Source: Firmicutes bacterium UBA5509
GTDB lineage: Bacteria > Bacillota > Proteinivoracia > UBA4975
Direction of reading: 5' to 3'
Assembly (NCBI GenBank): GCA_002423965.1
Contig: DIOR01000006.1
Coordinates: 21,165-85,164, forward strand
DNA length: 64,000 nucleotides
This document shows positions 27,270 to 36,811 of this stretch, piece after piece (position 1 is the first letter of the stretch; each line of letters starts with the position of its first letter). The notes beneath the pieces were generated by a model that saw nothing but the letters and a program-made list of their open reading frames with translations, ran no database searches and was not told the origin of the DNA. Both the position numbers and the translations under genes were made by a program.

Positions 27270-28409
27270 TTATTCCCCCCTGATTTGCACCATTTCACTT
27301 CCAATATCAGTTTCCACTGTCAATAGCACCCTGTAGATGAAGGGGCTTTGCTCAGAAAGGCTTTCAACTTCTTTATTGGTTATAACGGCGTAAGGGTTAA
27401 GCTGGGCATCGGCGGCAATAAGGGCCCGAAAACGGGCAAGTTCCTCTGCTTCCCCAGGGGAAAAGTTATTTGTCCGCCTGGTAACTTCCGAGTATAGACG
27501 GTGCCGCAACACAATGCAATCTCGAAAAACTTTAGTGGGTAACTCTTCTACCTCATAGTGTTCATAATTGGGCATCCTGGAAAGTGTAATTTTTTTTCCC
27601 CATAGCTCCAGTATATCCACTTTCCGCTGGTTGCCAGTGTAACTTTGCTCAATTTCCACTAAAGCAGCTTCACCATAACCCTCAATAAAGACCTTACCTT
27701 TTACCGAACCCGCGGCGTTGACTACTTGGTCTCCATCCCTGTACCCCGCAATAAGCACGTCACCTTTGGCTACAGTCATTCCTGGCTTGACTTTGGCGAT
27801 GCCTTTGAGCACCATCATTTCAAATATTATACCATCATACTCAGCAACTATGTCAATAACTGCCCCAAATTGCATGGGGTTGTATTTCTTTTCGACCAGA
27901 CTGATGACAACCTTAGTTCCTTTACGCTCTACAGCAACCCAGGCTATCTCGGGAAATTTTAAGTATAAGTTCTGTTCAATGTCATTTAGCTCTAGGTTAC
28001 GGACTTTCCCCCATTTGTACAGACCAAAATCCCCAATATACTCCACCAGCTCTTTACTATCTATCTTATCAGCACCCTTTAACTCAATATTCCATACTAG
28101 GCCCGACAAGTAGTAGATTGCCAGGCAAAAACAAAAAAAACCAAGCATCCAGAACTTCCTTCGCCATATCCTTCTTAGCCAGACCGAAAAACCACTTTCC
28201 CTAAGAATTTCCACTTTGAATTCTCTATCTTTTTCAAGGCCCCGCAACTGTTTCAAACCGTGAAAGTCTGTAGAAAAAATCACTGCGCTTCCTTGTTTCT
28301 CTATGTTCCAAATATTGATTGACTTGTTGGAAGCCTGGTTGATTAATTCTTCGGCCTGGAATCCTTGTACCCTGACCTTGACGCATCCTGCCTGCCTTCC
28401 CCCTTTCAC
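27270..28409 (-). CDS. yqfD: Sporulation protein YqfD
   Basis: Typical length, one TM, VAKGDVLIAG; between yqfC and phoH. Confidence 0.88.
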   Translation of the reverse strand: MKGGRQAGCVKVRVQGFQAEELINQASNKSINIWNIEKQGSAVIFSTDFHGLKQLRGLEKDREFKVEILRESGFSVWLRRIWRRKFWMLGFFCFCLAIYYLSGLVWNIELKGADKIDSKELVEYIGDFGLYKWGKVRNLELNDIEQNLYLKFPEIAWVAVERKGTKVVISLVEKKYNPMQFGAVIDIVAEYDGIIFEMMVLKGIAKVKPGMTVAKGDVLIAGYRDGDQVVNAAGSVKGKVFIEGYGEAALVEIEQSYTGNQRKVDILELWGKKITLSRMPNYEHYEVEELPTKVFRDCIVLRHRLYSEVTRRTNNFSPGEAEELARFRALIAADAQLNPYAVITNKEVESLSEQSPFIYRVLLTVETDIGSEMVQIRGE

Positions 28410-28687
28410 TGCAATACCTCCAAATTAATATTTTTTATTACGCCCTCGATATATATCTCGTGGGTATATACCGTTCGCACCTGGAGTTCGGCCCCTGATA
28501 TCCTTACTTCTCCTCCCTGAACCTTAAGACGGATTAATTCCTTATCATAGAGGATGATACCCTTGTGATTTTCTACAAATAATTGGCGTCGACCCACTAC
28601 CGTCAAACGGAATGAATTTGCCACCAAATCTCGAGGGAGATCAAATATATCTGCAATTTTTTTCGATAGGGATTCTCTATTGCTCAT
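28406..28687 (-). CDS. yqfC: Sporulation protein YqfC (YabP family)
   Basis: DLPRDLV, VENHKGIILY. Confidence 0.92.
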   Translation of the reverse strand: MSNRESLSKKIADIFDLPRDLVANSFRLTVVGRRQLFVENHKGIILYDKELIRLKVQGGEVRISGAELQVRTVYTHEIYIEGVIKNINLEVLQ

Positions 28688-28704
28688 AACAATCACCTCC
28701 TTAA

Positions 28705-28734
28705 AAAATATGCCTCGGATACGAGAGGTATAAC
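28705..28734 (-). promoter_or_regulatory. Putative sigmaE promoter of yqfCD
   Basis: GTTATA...CATATTT. Confidence 0.55.
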
Positions 28735-28737
28735 AGC

Positions 28738-28769
28738 AAAAAAACAGAAGAACGGTAATTCTTCTGTTT
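28738..28769 (-). terminator. Terminator after the nfeD-floA-yqfB operon
   Basis: AAACAGAAGAA-loop-TTCTTCTGTTT plus T-run. Confidence 0.75.
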
Positions 28770-28782
28770 CATATACCTAGAT

Positions 28783-29127
28783 TCAATTGTGGCGTCTCCC
28801 TCGCGGAGGCCCTAAGAGTTCAGCCATGATTACTCCCTGAACCACTGTGTCGGTAGTCAACCAACTTGGCCCGATCTCTTCTTCCTCGATGGTTACTGCT
28901 AAATTTTTGGGAGTCTGAAGATCTCGTTGCGGGGAAACTTTTGACCGAGATGGGGCTTCGGATGGAAATGTTGGCACCTGTTTTGCCGGTTCCCGCTGAA
29001 GCTCCGGAATGACCTGGGACAGTGTGCGTGAGGACTGCTGCCCGGAGGGATTTTTTTTCTGAGGCTGGGAAAAAGCCTGAATTATGCCCCAGATAATTGC
29101 AGCTGCAATCAGGAAAATAAATTCCAT
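28783..29127 (-). CDS. YqfB-like membrane-anchored protein
   Basis: N-terminal TM; C-terminal QGVIMAELLGPPR; follows floA. Confidence 0.75.
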   Translation of the reverse strand: MEFIFLIAAAIIWGIIQAFSQPQKKNPSGQQSSRTLSQVIPELQREPAKQVPTFPSEAPSRSKVSPQRDLQTPKNLAVTIEEEEIGPSWLTTDTVVQGVIMAELLGPPRGRRHN

Positions 29128-29131
29128 ATTA

Positions 29132-30121
29132 CTACTTCTTGTTATCCTTTTCGGGACCCTTGGTTACTTTGCCGATAGTCTCACGCATTTGGGTGTCGGC
29201 CATGATGTTTTGCATATTGTAAAAATCCATTGCCCCCATATTGCCTTCCCTAAGAGCAGTAGCCAGGGCCTTGGGCACGTCTGCTTCGGCCTCAACAACC
29301 TTGGCCCGCATCTCTTGAACCATGGCCTTCATCTCCTGCTCTTTGGCCACAGCCATTGCCCGGCGTTCTTCTGCCTTGGCCTGGGCAATGCGCTTGTCAG
29401 CTTCTGCCTGGTCGGTCTGAAGCTGGGCACCGATATTTTTCCCAACGTCTATGTCGGCAATATCAATTGAGAGAATCTGAAAAGCTGTGCCGGAATCCAG
29501 TGACCTGGCTAATACAGTTTTAGAGATATTGTCGGGGTTTTCTAGGACGTCGGAATGGGAAGTAGCAGAGCCGATAGTGGTGACTATACCTTCTCCTACC
29601 CGAGCGATAATAGTTTCTTCGCCTGCACCGCCTACCAAACGGTCGATATTGGCCCGGACGGTGACTTTTGCCTTAGCTTTAAGTTCAATGCCATCCTTTG
29701 CTACGGCGGCAATTATAGGTGTTTCAATGACCTTGGGGTTGACGCTCATTTGGACAGCTGTAAGCACGTCCCGTCCCGCTAAGTCGATGGCTGCACCCCG
29801 GGAGAAAGGCAAATCGATATCTGCCCTTTGAGCTGCGATTAAGGCATTGACCACACGGTCAACATTGCCACCGGCAAGATAATGGCTTTCTAGCTGATTA
29901 GTATCTAATTCCAAACCAGCTTTGGTAGCCTTAATTAAGGGATTGATAATTCTAGCCGGGATAACCCGTCGAATGCGCATCCCCACAAGGTTAAAGAGTC
30001 CGACCTTGACTCCAGCTGCCATAGCGGAGATCCAGAGGCCAATGGGCACAAAGCTAAAAAATACAGCGAGGAATAAGACTCCAATGGTAACAATAATGAA
30101 AATAAGCAATACCGGATCCAC
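29132..30121 (-). CDS. floA: Flotillin-like protein FloA (YqfA)
   Basis: [27 protein letters not shown]. Confidence 0.97.
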   Translation of the reverse strand: MDPVLLIFIIVTIGVLFLAVFFSFVPIGLWISAMAAGVKVGLFNLVGMRIRRVIPARIINPLIKATKAGLELDTNQLESHYLAGGNVDRVVNALIAAQRADIDLPFSRGAAIDLAGRDVLTAVQMSVNPKVIETPIIAAVAKDGIELKAKAKVTVRANIDRLVGGAGEETIIARVGEGIVTTIGSATSHSDVLENPDNISKTVLARSLDSGTAFQILSIDIADIDVGKNIGAQLQTDQAEADKRIAQAKAEERRAMAVAKEQEMKAMVQEMRAKVVEAEADVPKALATALREGNMGAMDFYNMQNIMADTQMRETIGKVTKGPEKDNKK

Positions 30122-30134
30122 TAATAATCAACTC

Positions 30135-31448
30135 CTAATATTTTTTTTCGGCTACGACAACCGACCCGCTACTAAAACCGGTAACAATTACTTCGGTACC
30201 TGTAGCAATGTAGACACCCTCAGTTATGGCGTCCAATCTAATGCCATCTGCGACCTGGACTATTCCGCTGGGGCGCAGGGGAGTTACTGCCACACCCTGG
30301 GCTCCCAAGTAATCACTGAGATCTTTTGGTCCAACATAACCACGTTCTTTTGTCTCGGAATCGCTGAGGATCAGCTTACTCCATAGTGAACTTTTCTTCA
30401 GGAAGCGAAAGGCCACTAGGATAATGACTATCGACAAAAGAAGAGCAAACCCTAGGGTCAGTAGTCCTTGACTTAAACTAGCAGAGGACAAGACAACACT
30501 CAGGGCCACACAGAGAAGACCGCTGGCACCTAAGAGACCAAAGCCGGCGGTAAAGACTTCCGCCCCAAGGAGAACAATTCCCAAGACAAAAACCAGGATA
30601 TATTCCACCCGGGCAAATCCAGCGAAAACACTTCCGCCAAAGTACAGGGCAAAGGCCAGTATAGAAATTACTCCCGCTACCCCAAAACCAGCGGTGAAGA
30701 TTTCAATGACTAGGGCAGCTAAGCCGATGGCCAGCAGCACACCTCCAACATAGGGGTTACCGAGAAATCGGCCTACGCCAATGGACCAAGGTTCTTCATA
30801 GGTTATATATTCTGGCGCCGAGATTCCTGTCATAGTAGGTATTTCCTCTAATTTAGAGGCAAGTCCTTCGGAGTACCCAACTTCTACTGCCATTTTCGCT
30901 GTCAGAGTTAAGAGTTTGCCCGCCTCAATTACATCTGGTATTGCAATGTCTTTGCGGACCATTGCCGAAGCAATTTGTGGATCTCGTCCCTGGCGTTCAG
31001 CCATTGAACGCAACTGTCCCTCGATTACCGAGAGGGTTTTTTCATCGGTTACAGGCTCATTTCCATAGACTGGTTCCACTGCTCCCAAGGTTGCCCCCGG
31101 ATGCATGTATATGCGATCACAGGCAAGAGCTGCATATGTGCCGCCAGAAATAGCCTTTTTGACATAGGCATAGACGGGAATTGAAGAAGCCTCGATAATA
31201 GTCTTGACGCGATCCGATGCGTTGACCAGGCCGCCGTAAGTATCAATTTCCAGGATAATAAGCTGTGCACCCTCCTGAGATGCATCGGCGAAAGCCAGCT
31301 TCATAGATGAAGCTAGGGCAGAGTTTATGTCCCCTTCTAAGGGAATGACAAAAACAGGGCCTTGACCTTGGGCTAGGACCGGGGAAAGAAGTGATAATCC
31401 CAACATTATTAAGGCAACTGCGGCGATTATTCTATATCTACCAACCAC
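30135..31448 (-). CDS. nfeD: NfeD/YqeZ membrane-bound protease-like protein
   Basis: ClpP-like domain (IDTYGGLV), TM region, OB-fold TPLRPSG. Confidence 0.92.
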   Translation of the reverse strand: MVGRYRIIAAVALIMLGLSLLSPVLAQGQGPVFVIPLEGDINSALASSMKLAFADASQEGAQLIILEIDTYGGLVNASDRVKTIIEASSIPVYAYVKKAISGGTYAALACDRIYMHPGATLGAVEPVYGNEPVTDEKTLSVIEGQLRSMAERQGRDPQIASAMVRKDIAIPDVIEAGKLLTLTAKMAVEVGYSEGLASKLEEIPTMTGISAPEYITYEEPWSIGVGRFLGNPYVGGVLLAIGLAALVIEIFTAGFGVAGVISILAFALYFGGSVFAGFARVEYILVFVLGIVLLGAEVFTAGFGLLGASGLLCVALSVVLSSASLSQGLLTLGFALLLSIVIILVAFRFLKKSSLWSKLILSDSETKERGYVGPKDLSDYLGAQGVAVTPLRPSGIVQVADGIRLDAITEGVYIATGTEVIVTGFSSGSVVVAEKKY

Positions 31449-31470
31449 TATTCCACCTCCTATAAACTTT

Positions 31471-31498
31471 ATTCTACATTATTATTGATTATCCCTGC
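31471..31498 (-). promoter_or_regulatory. sigmaH-like promoter upstream of nfeD
   Basis: GCAGGG-18 nt-GAAT. Confidence 0.45.
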
Positions 31499-31578
31499 AA
31501 ATATATTATAACCGGCCTAGAGGCCGGTTAAAGAAAACGATTTTGGGGTTGATGTCCATACTTACTTGCTGCGGCAAT

Positions 31579-31758
31579 TTAGAATCTTTTCTTTTTACGC
31601 CGGGCAGCTTCTGATTTTTTCTTACGCTTGACACTGGGTTTTTCGTAATGCTCACGCTTACGTACTTCAGAGAGAACACCAGAACGCTGACACTGGCGCT
31701 TAAACCGGCGCAGGGCATTATCAAGAGATTCATTTTTGCCTACTTTAACTTCGGACAT
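31579..31758 (-). CDS. rpsU: 30S ribosomal protein S21 (missing from the ORF track, 59 aa)
   Basis: Hand translation [59 protein letters not shown]. Confidence 0.98.
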   Translation of the reverse strand: MSEVKVGKNESLDNALRRFKRQCQRSGVLSEVRKREHYEKPSVKRKKKSEAARRKKKRF

Positions 31759-31806
31759 ACCTGTCTACCCTCCCCTCACAACAAAGGACACTAATGCACA
31801 AATTAA

Positions 31807-31836
31807 ATTATAACCTTCAGATGCTATTTCTGTCAA
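31807..31836 (-). promoter_or_regulatory. sigmaA promoter of rpsU
   Basis: TTGACA-18 nt-TATAAT. Confidence 0.8.
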
Positions 31837-31840
31837 TGAT

Positions 31841-32185
31841 TTAACCTGGCGGCCACTGGAGTTCTCTGCCAGCCAAGAGGTGAAAGTGGAGATGGTTGAC
31901 AGTCTGCCCTCCATCAGGACCAGTATTGATCACTACTCGAAACCCCCTACTTCCGCCAATTTTTTGGCCTAAGTCTGCACATTTTGCTAAAAGGGTTGTT
32001 AATAGCTGGGGGGATTTTTCTGCAGCTTCAGCTAAATCGGCGTAGTGTTTTACCGGCAAAATCAGGAGATGAGTTGGTGCATGGGGATTAGCATCTTTAA
32101 GGACGACAATTTCTTGATCTATGTAGAATATTTCTGAATCAAGTTCTCCAGCGGCGATTTTACAAAATACACAGTCCAAACTCAT
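31841..32185 (-). CDS. hit: Histidine triad (HIT) nucleotide-binding protein
   Basis: DCVFCKI, GQTVNHLHFHLLAGR. Confidence 0.95.
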   Translation of the reverse strand: MSLDCVFCKIAAGELDSEIFYIDQEIVVLKDANPHAPTHLLILPVKHYADLAEAAEKSPQLLTTLLAKCADLGQKIGGSRGFRVVINTGPDGGQTVNHLHFHLLAGRELQWPPG

Positions 32186-32256
32186 TCACCTCCTAATTGT
32201 TATTTCAACATATGTTCCCCAAATCCTGCAAAAATAAAAACGCCCCTGTGGGAGCG

Positions 32257-32706
32257 CTATTTTTTTCCGCTGGCCTCAACCACCAAAAATTGTGGGTTTG
32301 CCTTTGTGGTCAAATTGTTTTTATCAAAGAGAACCACTTGACAATTTTGTTTATCAGGGATAATAGTCAGCTCGACATTTTCCCCTACTTCCTTTGTAGA
32401 GATCAACTGACAATTGACAAGAAATACAGCCACCTCAGCAGTAGGGTCAAAGACATGGTCCGTTAGTTCCAGGCCAAGGGCATTATGAATGGCAACCCAG
32501 TCATCTAGGTCTGTTGCCACCGAGCAGCGCACCTCACCTGATTGGGAAGCCTGGACCAAAGTCTTATATGGAACCGAATTGGGGTAAGTTGTAACCGGCT
32601 CAACGGGAGAAGACAGTCCGTCATAAATTGATACTGCCACAAGAAGCAAAAAGAGCACAGCGATAGGCAAGAGGCGACGGGCTTCGACCACAACCAACTT
32701 GGTCAT
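32257..32706 (-). CDS. Membrane-anchored hypothetical protein (possibly PrcB C-terminal-like)
   Basis: N-terminal TM, strong RBS, own sigmaE-like promoter. Confidence 0.6.
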   Translation of the reverse strand: MTKLVVVEARRLLPIAVLFLLLVAVSIYDGLSSPVEPVTTYPNSVPYKTLVQASQSGEVRCSVATDLDDWVAIHNALGLELTDHVFDPTAEVAVFLVNCQLISTKEVGENVELTIIPDKQNCQVVLFDKNNLTTKANPQFLVVEASGKK

Positions 32707-32736
32707 ATATATACCTCCTGATTCTATGAATGTCTA

Positions 32737-32766
32737 TATATATGACTATTGTCACTGGGTTTAGAC
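32737..32766 (-). promoter_or_regulatory. Putative sigmaE promoter
   Basis: GTCTAAA...CATATATA. Confidence 0.6.
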
Positions 32767-34062
32767 CAAGGGCCGAGCCAGTAATTCACTTCCCCAACGC
32801 CCGGTGACCTCGACTCTTACTATATTCCCGGAACTGGAATTAGTCGAACAGTGAATGCGCATATATCTTTGCCCATAACCCATCCACTCTCCCGGACGCG
32901 GGCTTGGTTCTTCGATAAGCAAATCCTCTTGAACACCTATTAGTTGATCGGCAAAATCCTCAGCCAGCTCCTTGCCTAGATTAATCAGTGCTTGGCTACG
33001 TCTGCCGGCAATCTCAGGGTGCACCTGGTCTGGAAAAGAAGCGGCGGGAGTCCCTTTCCGTTTAGAATAGCGAAAGACATGGAGACGGGAAAAGGATACT
33101 TGTCTTACCAGATCGAGGGTTTCCTGGAATTCAGCATCTGTCTCTCCAGGGAAACCTACGATTATATCGGTGGAAAAGGAGGGACGGTCAAACCGTCTCT
33201 TGAGAGTGTCAGTCAGGGCCAAGAATTCAGCTACAGAATATTTGCGCCCCATCCTTCTAAGAACACTATTACTGCCACTTTGCAGGGGGATATGAAAGTC
33301 CTTGCATACATTAGCGTTGGCTGCGATTGCCCTGATGAGATCTTCTTCAAAGTCTGTAGGCTCCACAGAGCTAATGCGAATCCGCACAGGAAAGATTGCC
33401 TTAGCTAAAGAGTCTATTACTGTCGCCAGGCTAATTCCGCCACCACTTTTATCCCTGCCGTAGGAAGTAAGGTTAATTCCGGTAAGGACGATTTCCATAA
33501 AACCAGCAGCGGCTAATTCTCTGCCCTTTGCCATAACTTGAGCTAAGTCCATGCTGCGCAGTCTACCGCGGGCTTTGGGGATAATGCAGTATGTGCAATA
33601 TCTTTGGCAGCCATCCTGAATCTTTAGAGTGGCCCTGTTCCTGCCCTTAAAAGCGGAAACCGGCAACTGGGAAAATTCCCTTAAGTCATCAACGACGATA
33701 CGCTGTTCTTCGGTGCCTAAGGCTGCATCAACTAAGGACACGATTGCTGGTTTATGACTGTTCCCTACTATTAAATCCACTTCCTTGATACTTGCCAATT
33801 CCTCAGGAGCCACTTGGGGATAACAGCCAACAGCCACAACAAGGGCGTCACCGTTTCTGCCCTTGGCCTGGCGCAGCATCTGTCTTGATTTCCGGCTACC
33901 TAAATGGGTGACGGTACAGGTATTGACAATATAGACGTCAGCCTGGTCATCGAAACTTACGATGTCATAACCGGCCTCTGAAAAGAGCATTTCCATGCCG
34001 GCAGTTTCATCTTGATTAACTTTGCAGCCCAAGGTACTAAAGGCAACTTTAATTTTTATCAC
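32761..34062 (-). CDS. mtaB: tRNA t6A37 methylthiotransferase MtaB
   Basis: TLGCKVNQ, NTCTVT, GCQRYCTYC. Confidence 0.96.
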   Translation of the reverse strand: MIKIKVAFSTLGCKVNQDETAGMEMLFSEAGYDIVSFDDQADVYIVNTCTVTHLGSRKSRQMLRQAKGRNGDALVVAVGCYPQVAPEELASIKEVDLIVGNSHKPAIVSLVDAALGTEEQRIVVDDLREFSQLPVSAFKGRNRATLKIQDGCQRYCTYCIIPKARGRLRSMDLAQVMAKGRELAAAGFMEIVLTGINLTSYGRDKSGGGISLATVIDSLAKAIFPVRIRISSVEPTDFEEDLIRAIAANANVCKDFHIPLQSGSNSVLRRMGRKYSVAEFLALTDTLKRRFDRPSFSTDIIVGFPGETDAEFQETLDLVRQVSFSRLHVFRYSKRKGTPAASFPDQVHPEIAGRRSQALINLGKELAEDFADQLIGVQEDLLIEEPSPRPGEWMGYGQRYMRIHCSTNSSSGNIVRVEVTGRWGSELLARPLV

Positions 34063-34772
34063 CCCATCGCGCCCCCGGCGAACATAACACAGGTAAGCAT
34101 CGCTATTGCAGCGGTCTCCGCCCGGAGTATCCTAGGACCCAAGGAGACTGCAGTCCAGCCCGCACTTTTTAACAAATCTGCCTCTTGAACCGCCAGCCCA
34201 CCTTCAGGGCCTGTCAGCAGAGACAGTCTTTGTTTGGGATGGGCGCTGAGCCGGCCTTCCAGGCCCAGATTCACCTCTTCTTCCCAGGCAAAGAGGCCTG
34301 GTCCTCCTTGGGCAACTTCCTCAAGGGTAATTATACCCCTGACAGACGGAACCACATGGCGCCTGCATTGTTCAGTTGCCTCCTGGGCAATTTTTTCCCA
34401 GCGGGAAATTTTCTTTTCTAGGTTTCCCGCCTTCACTACTGCCCGTTTTGCAGCATAAAGGACTATGCCGGAAACACCTAATTCTACAGACTTTTGAACA
34501 ACCCAATCTAGCTTATCCCCTTTGAGCAGTGGGAGAAAAAGTGAAACTGCGAAATCAGGCTCATTATCGGCTTCGTTCCTTTGATAAAGAACCACCCCTT
34601 TGCCAGCGGAGGCTTCTAAACAAAGGACAAAGGCCTTGCCGTCCTGGTCCAGCCCAATAAATTGCTCCCCTTCCCTCATGCGCAAAACATTGACAAGGTA
34701 ATGGTGCTGTTCCCGGGTTAATTCTATTGTGGAACCAGGAACCAAGGGGTATGCCAAGACAACCCTGCGCAA
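34059..34772 (-). CDS. rsmE: 16S rRNA m3U1498 methyltransferase
   Basis: HYLVNVLR, EATEQC, GPEGG, LGPRILRAETA. Confidence 0.95.
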   Translation of the reverse strand: MRRVVLAYPLVPGSTIELTREQHHYLVNVLRMREGEQFIGLDQDGKAFVLCLEASAGKGVVLYQRNEADNEPDFAVSLFLPLLKGDKLDWVVQKSVELGVSGIVLYAAKRAVVKAGNLEKKISRWEKIAQEATEQCRRHVVPSVRGIITLEEVAQGGPGLFAWEEEVNLGLEGRLSAHPKQRLSLLTGPEGGLAVQEADLLKSAGWTAVSLGPRILRAETAAIAMLTCVMFAGGAMG

Positions 34773-34773
34773 A

Positions 34774-35616
34774 TTACTGGGCCTCCAGGGTAACACAGAC
34801 CCAACCTTCTTGTATTTGACAGCGGGCGATTAAGCCCCCATAGGCGCCCTCAAACTCCGCCAGTCTTTCTTGGGGAAAGCCACTAAGGATTAGTGTACAG
34901 TCTTTTCCCTGTCGAAATATATCTGCCAGACGGGAGCAGGCATTATAGCCGATATTAGCTACAACTAAATCATGGTCGCTATTGGCAAATTCGGCAAAGG
35001 CATCCCCTAGCAGTTGATGGACATTGCACTTATTAATCTGGGCGTTTTCTTGAGCCACTTTCACCGCTACTGGGTCATTGTCCACAGCATCTACCCTTGT
35101 TGCCCCGGTCTTTGCAGCGACAATAGAGAGAATCCCAGATCCCGAGCCCAAATCCAGTACTCGCTTGCCAGGTGCCCTGGAGGCAATCTCCCCCACACAC
35201 ATCTTGGTTGTAGCATGGTCGCCGGTGCCAAATGCCATTCCAGGATCCAACTCTATTGCTACTTTTCCGGGGGCGGCGGAGGGCTCAAGCCAGGAAGGGT
35301 AAATATGAATATTGCCGATATCCACTGGGCGGCAGTGCTTTTTCCATTCTTCAGCCCAATCTTGCTCAGGAACATTTTTTATGCTGACAAAAGACTTAGC
35401 TGTCAGGTTCATGTCTTCCAAGCAACTTAAGAATTCTTCTAATTTGGAAAGAAAGGCTTGGGCCTCTTCCCCTGCAGGATAGTATGCAGTAACATTGCTG
35501 GTATTACTATCTTTTTTTTCAATAACCACTCCGCCAGCACCAGACTCATGAATAAAGTTAGCTACTGCTTCAACAGCTTGGTGGTCGATGGCAATCGAAA
35601 ACTCTGTCCAGTCCAT
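34774..35616 (-). CDS. prmA: Ribosomal protein L11 methyltransferase
   Basis: DPGMAFGTGDHATT, VLDLGSGSGILSI. Confidence 0.96.
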   Translation of the reverse strand: MDWTEFSIAIDHQAVEAVANFIHESGAGGVVIEKKDSNTSNVTAYYPAGEEAQAFLSKLEEFLSCLEDMNLTAKSFVSIKNVPEQDWAEEWKKHCRPVDIGNIHIYPSWLEPSAAPGKVAIELDPGMAFGTGDHATTKMCVGEIASRAPGKRVLDLGSGSGILSIVAAKTGATRVDAVDNDPVAVKVAQENAQINKCNVHQLLGDAFAEFANSDHDLVVANIGYNACSRLADIFRQGKDCTLILSGFPQERLAEFEGAYGGLIARCQIQEGWVCVTLEAQ

Positions 35617-35618
35617 TA

Positions 35619-36755
35619 TTACCTCCCGCCAAATACTCTTTTTAAGCGAGCGGCCAGGCTGTTGTCAATATTTTCAACAGTCTCGCCGGAAGCTTTTGCG
35701 TATTTGCGCAATGCGTCTTTTTGCTCCGGGGTCAGACGCTTGGGAACTTCGATTTCCACAGTGATAATCTGATCCCCCCGCCCTCCCCGGTTGAGGTTAG
35801 GTACTCCTTTGCCATTAAAGCGGAAAATGGTACCAGATTCTGTTCCCCCTGGCACCTGTAGTCTCTTGGTACCGTCAATGGTGGGAATATCCAGCTCCAC
35901 CCCCATGGCGGCCTGGGCAAGGCCAATGGGCACTTTCAAATGAATATGCTGCCCCTTGCGTTCAAAGTATTCATGCTTGCCTACAGCAATGTGTATATAG
36001 AGATCGCCTGGGGGTGCACCGTTGCTCCCGGCATGGCCTGCCCCGGACACCCGTAAGCGGGTGCCGGTATCCACTCCAGGGGGGATGTTGATCTTTTTTC
36101 TTGTATTGGCTTCCACCCGTCCTTGCCCCCTGCAGTTGGCACAGGACTGTAAAATCTCTGTGCCTGTGCCGTTGCATTTCGGGCATACTCGGGGTTGAAC
36201 AATGCGGCCTAAAATTGTGTTCTGCACCGTCTGAATGCGGCCGCTACCTTGACATTGGGAGCATTGGCGGCGTTCAGTGCCGTTTTTTGCCCCAGTTCCC
36301 TGGCACTCCTCACAGGTCGCCATCACCCTGGCGGCCACTTCCTTTTCGGCGCCAAAGATAGCTTCTTCAAAAGTCAGGGATATATTGACACTGACATCTG
36401 CCCCTTGGCGGGAGCGGGTCTGAGAACTGCTGCGACCAAATCCGTCGCCAAACATAGTTTCAAAGATGTCACCAAAATTAAAACCATAACCTCCGTCCCC
36501 AAAACCGTTAAAACCACCGGCACCAGGTTGTTCATCTCCAGTAAAGCCAAAACTGTCATACTGTTGGCGCTTGCCGGGATCACTGAGGATGTCATAGGCT
36601 TTTTTTACTTCTTTGAACTTTTCCTCAGCTGAATTATCATTGGGATTATGATCAGGGTGGTACTTTCTCGCCAAATTGCGATAGGCTTTTTTTACTTCAT
36701 CTGGGGTGGCTTCTTTGCCAACACCCAGGGTCGAATAGGGATCAAATCCAGCCAC
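35619..36755 (-). CDS. dnaJ: Chaperone DnaJ
   Basis: HPD motif, G/F region, four CxxCxGxG motifs. Confidence 0.98.
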   Translation of the reverse strand: MAGFDPYSTLGVGKEATPDEVKKAYRNLARKYHPDHNPNDNSAEEKFKEVKKAYDILSDPGKRQQYDSFGFTGDEQPGAGGFNGFGDGGYGFNFGDIFETMFGDGFGRSSSQTRSRQGADVSVNISLTFEEAIFGAEKEVAARVMATCEECQGTGAKNGTERRQCSQCQGSGRIQTVQNTILGRIVQPRVCPKCNGTGTEILQSCANCRGQGRVEANTRKKINIPPGVDTGTRLRVSGAGHAGSNGAPPGDLYIHIAVGKHEYFERKGQHIHLKVPIGLAQAAMGVELDIPTIDGTKRLQVPGGTESGTIFRFNGKGVPNLNRGGRGDQIITVEIEVPKRLTPEQKDALRKYAKASGETVENIDNSLAARLKRVFGGR

Positions 36756-36811
36756 AGGCCTTCACCTCCGCGGAAAAAGTCAAAGCTTTTACCCAGCTTT
36801 GACCTTCAGGG

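Noticed and set aside
31506..31733. 75-aa ORF from the track
   Set aside because: Alternative frame overlapping the real rpsU (31579-31758)
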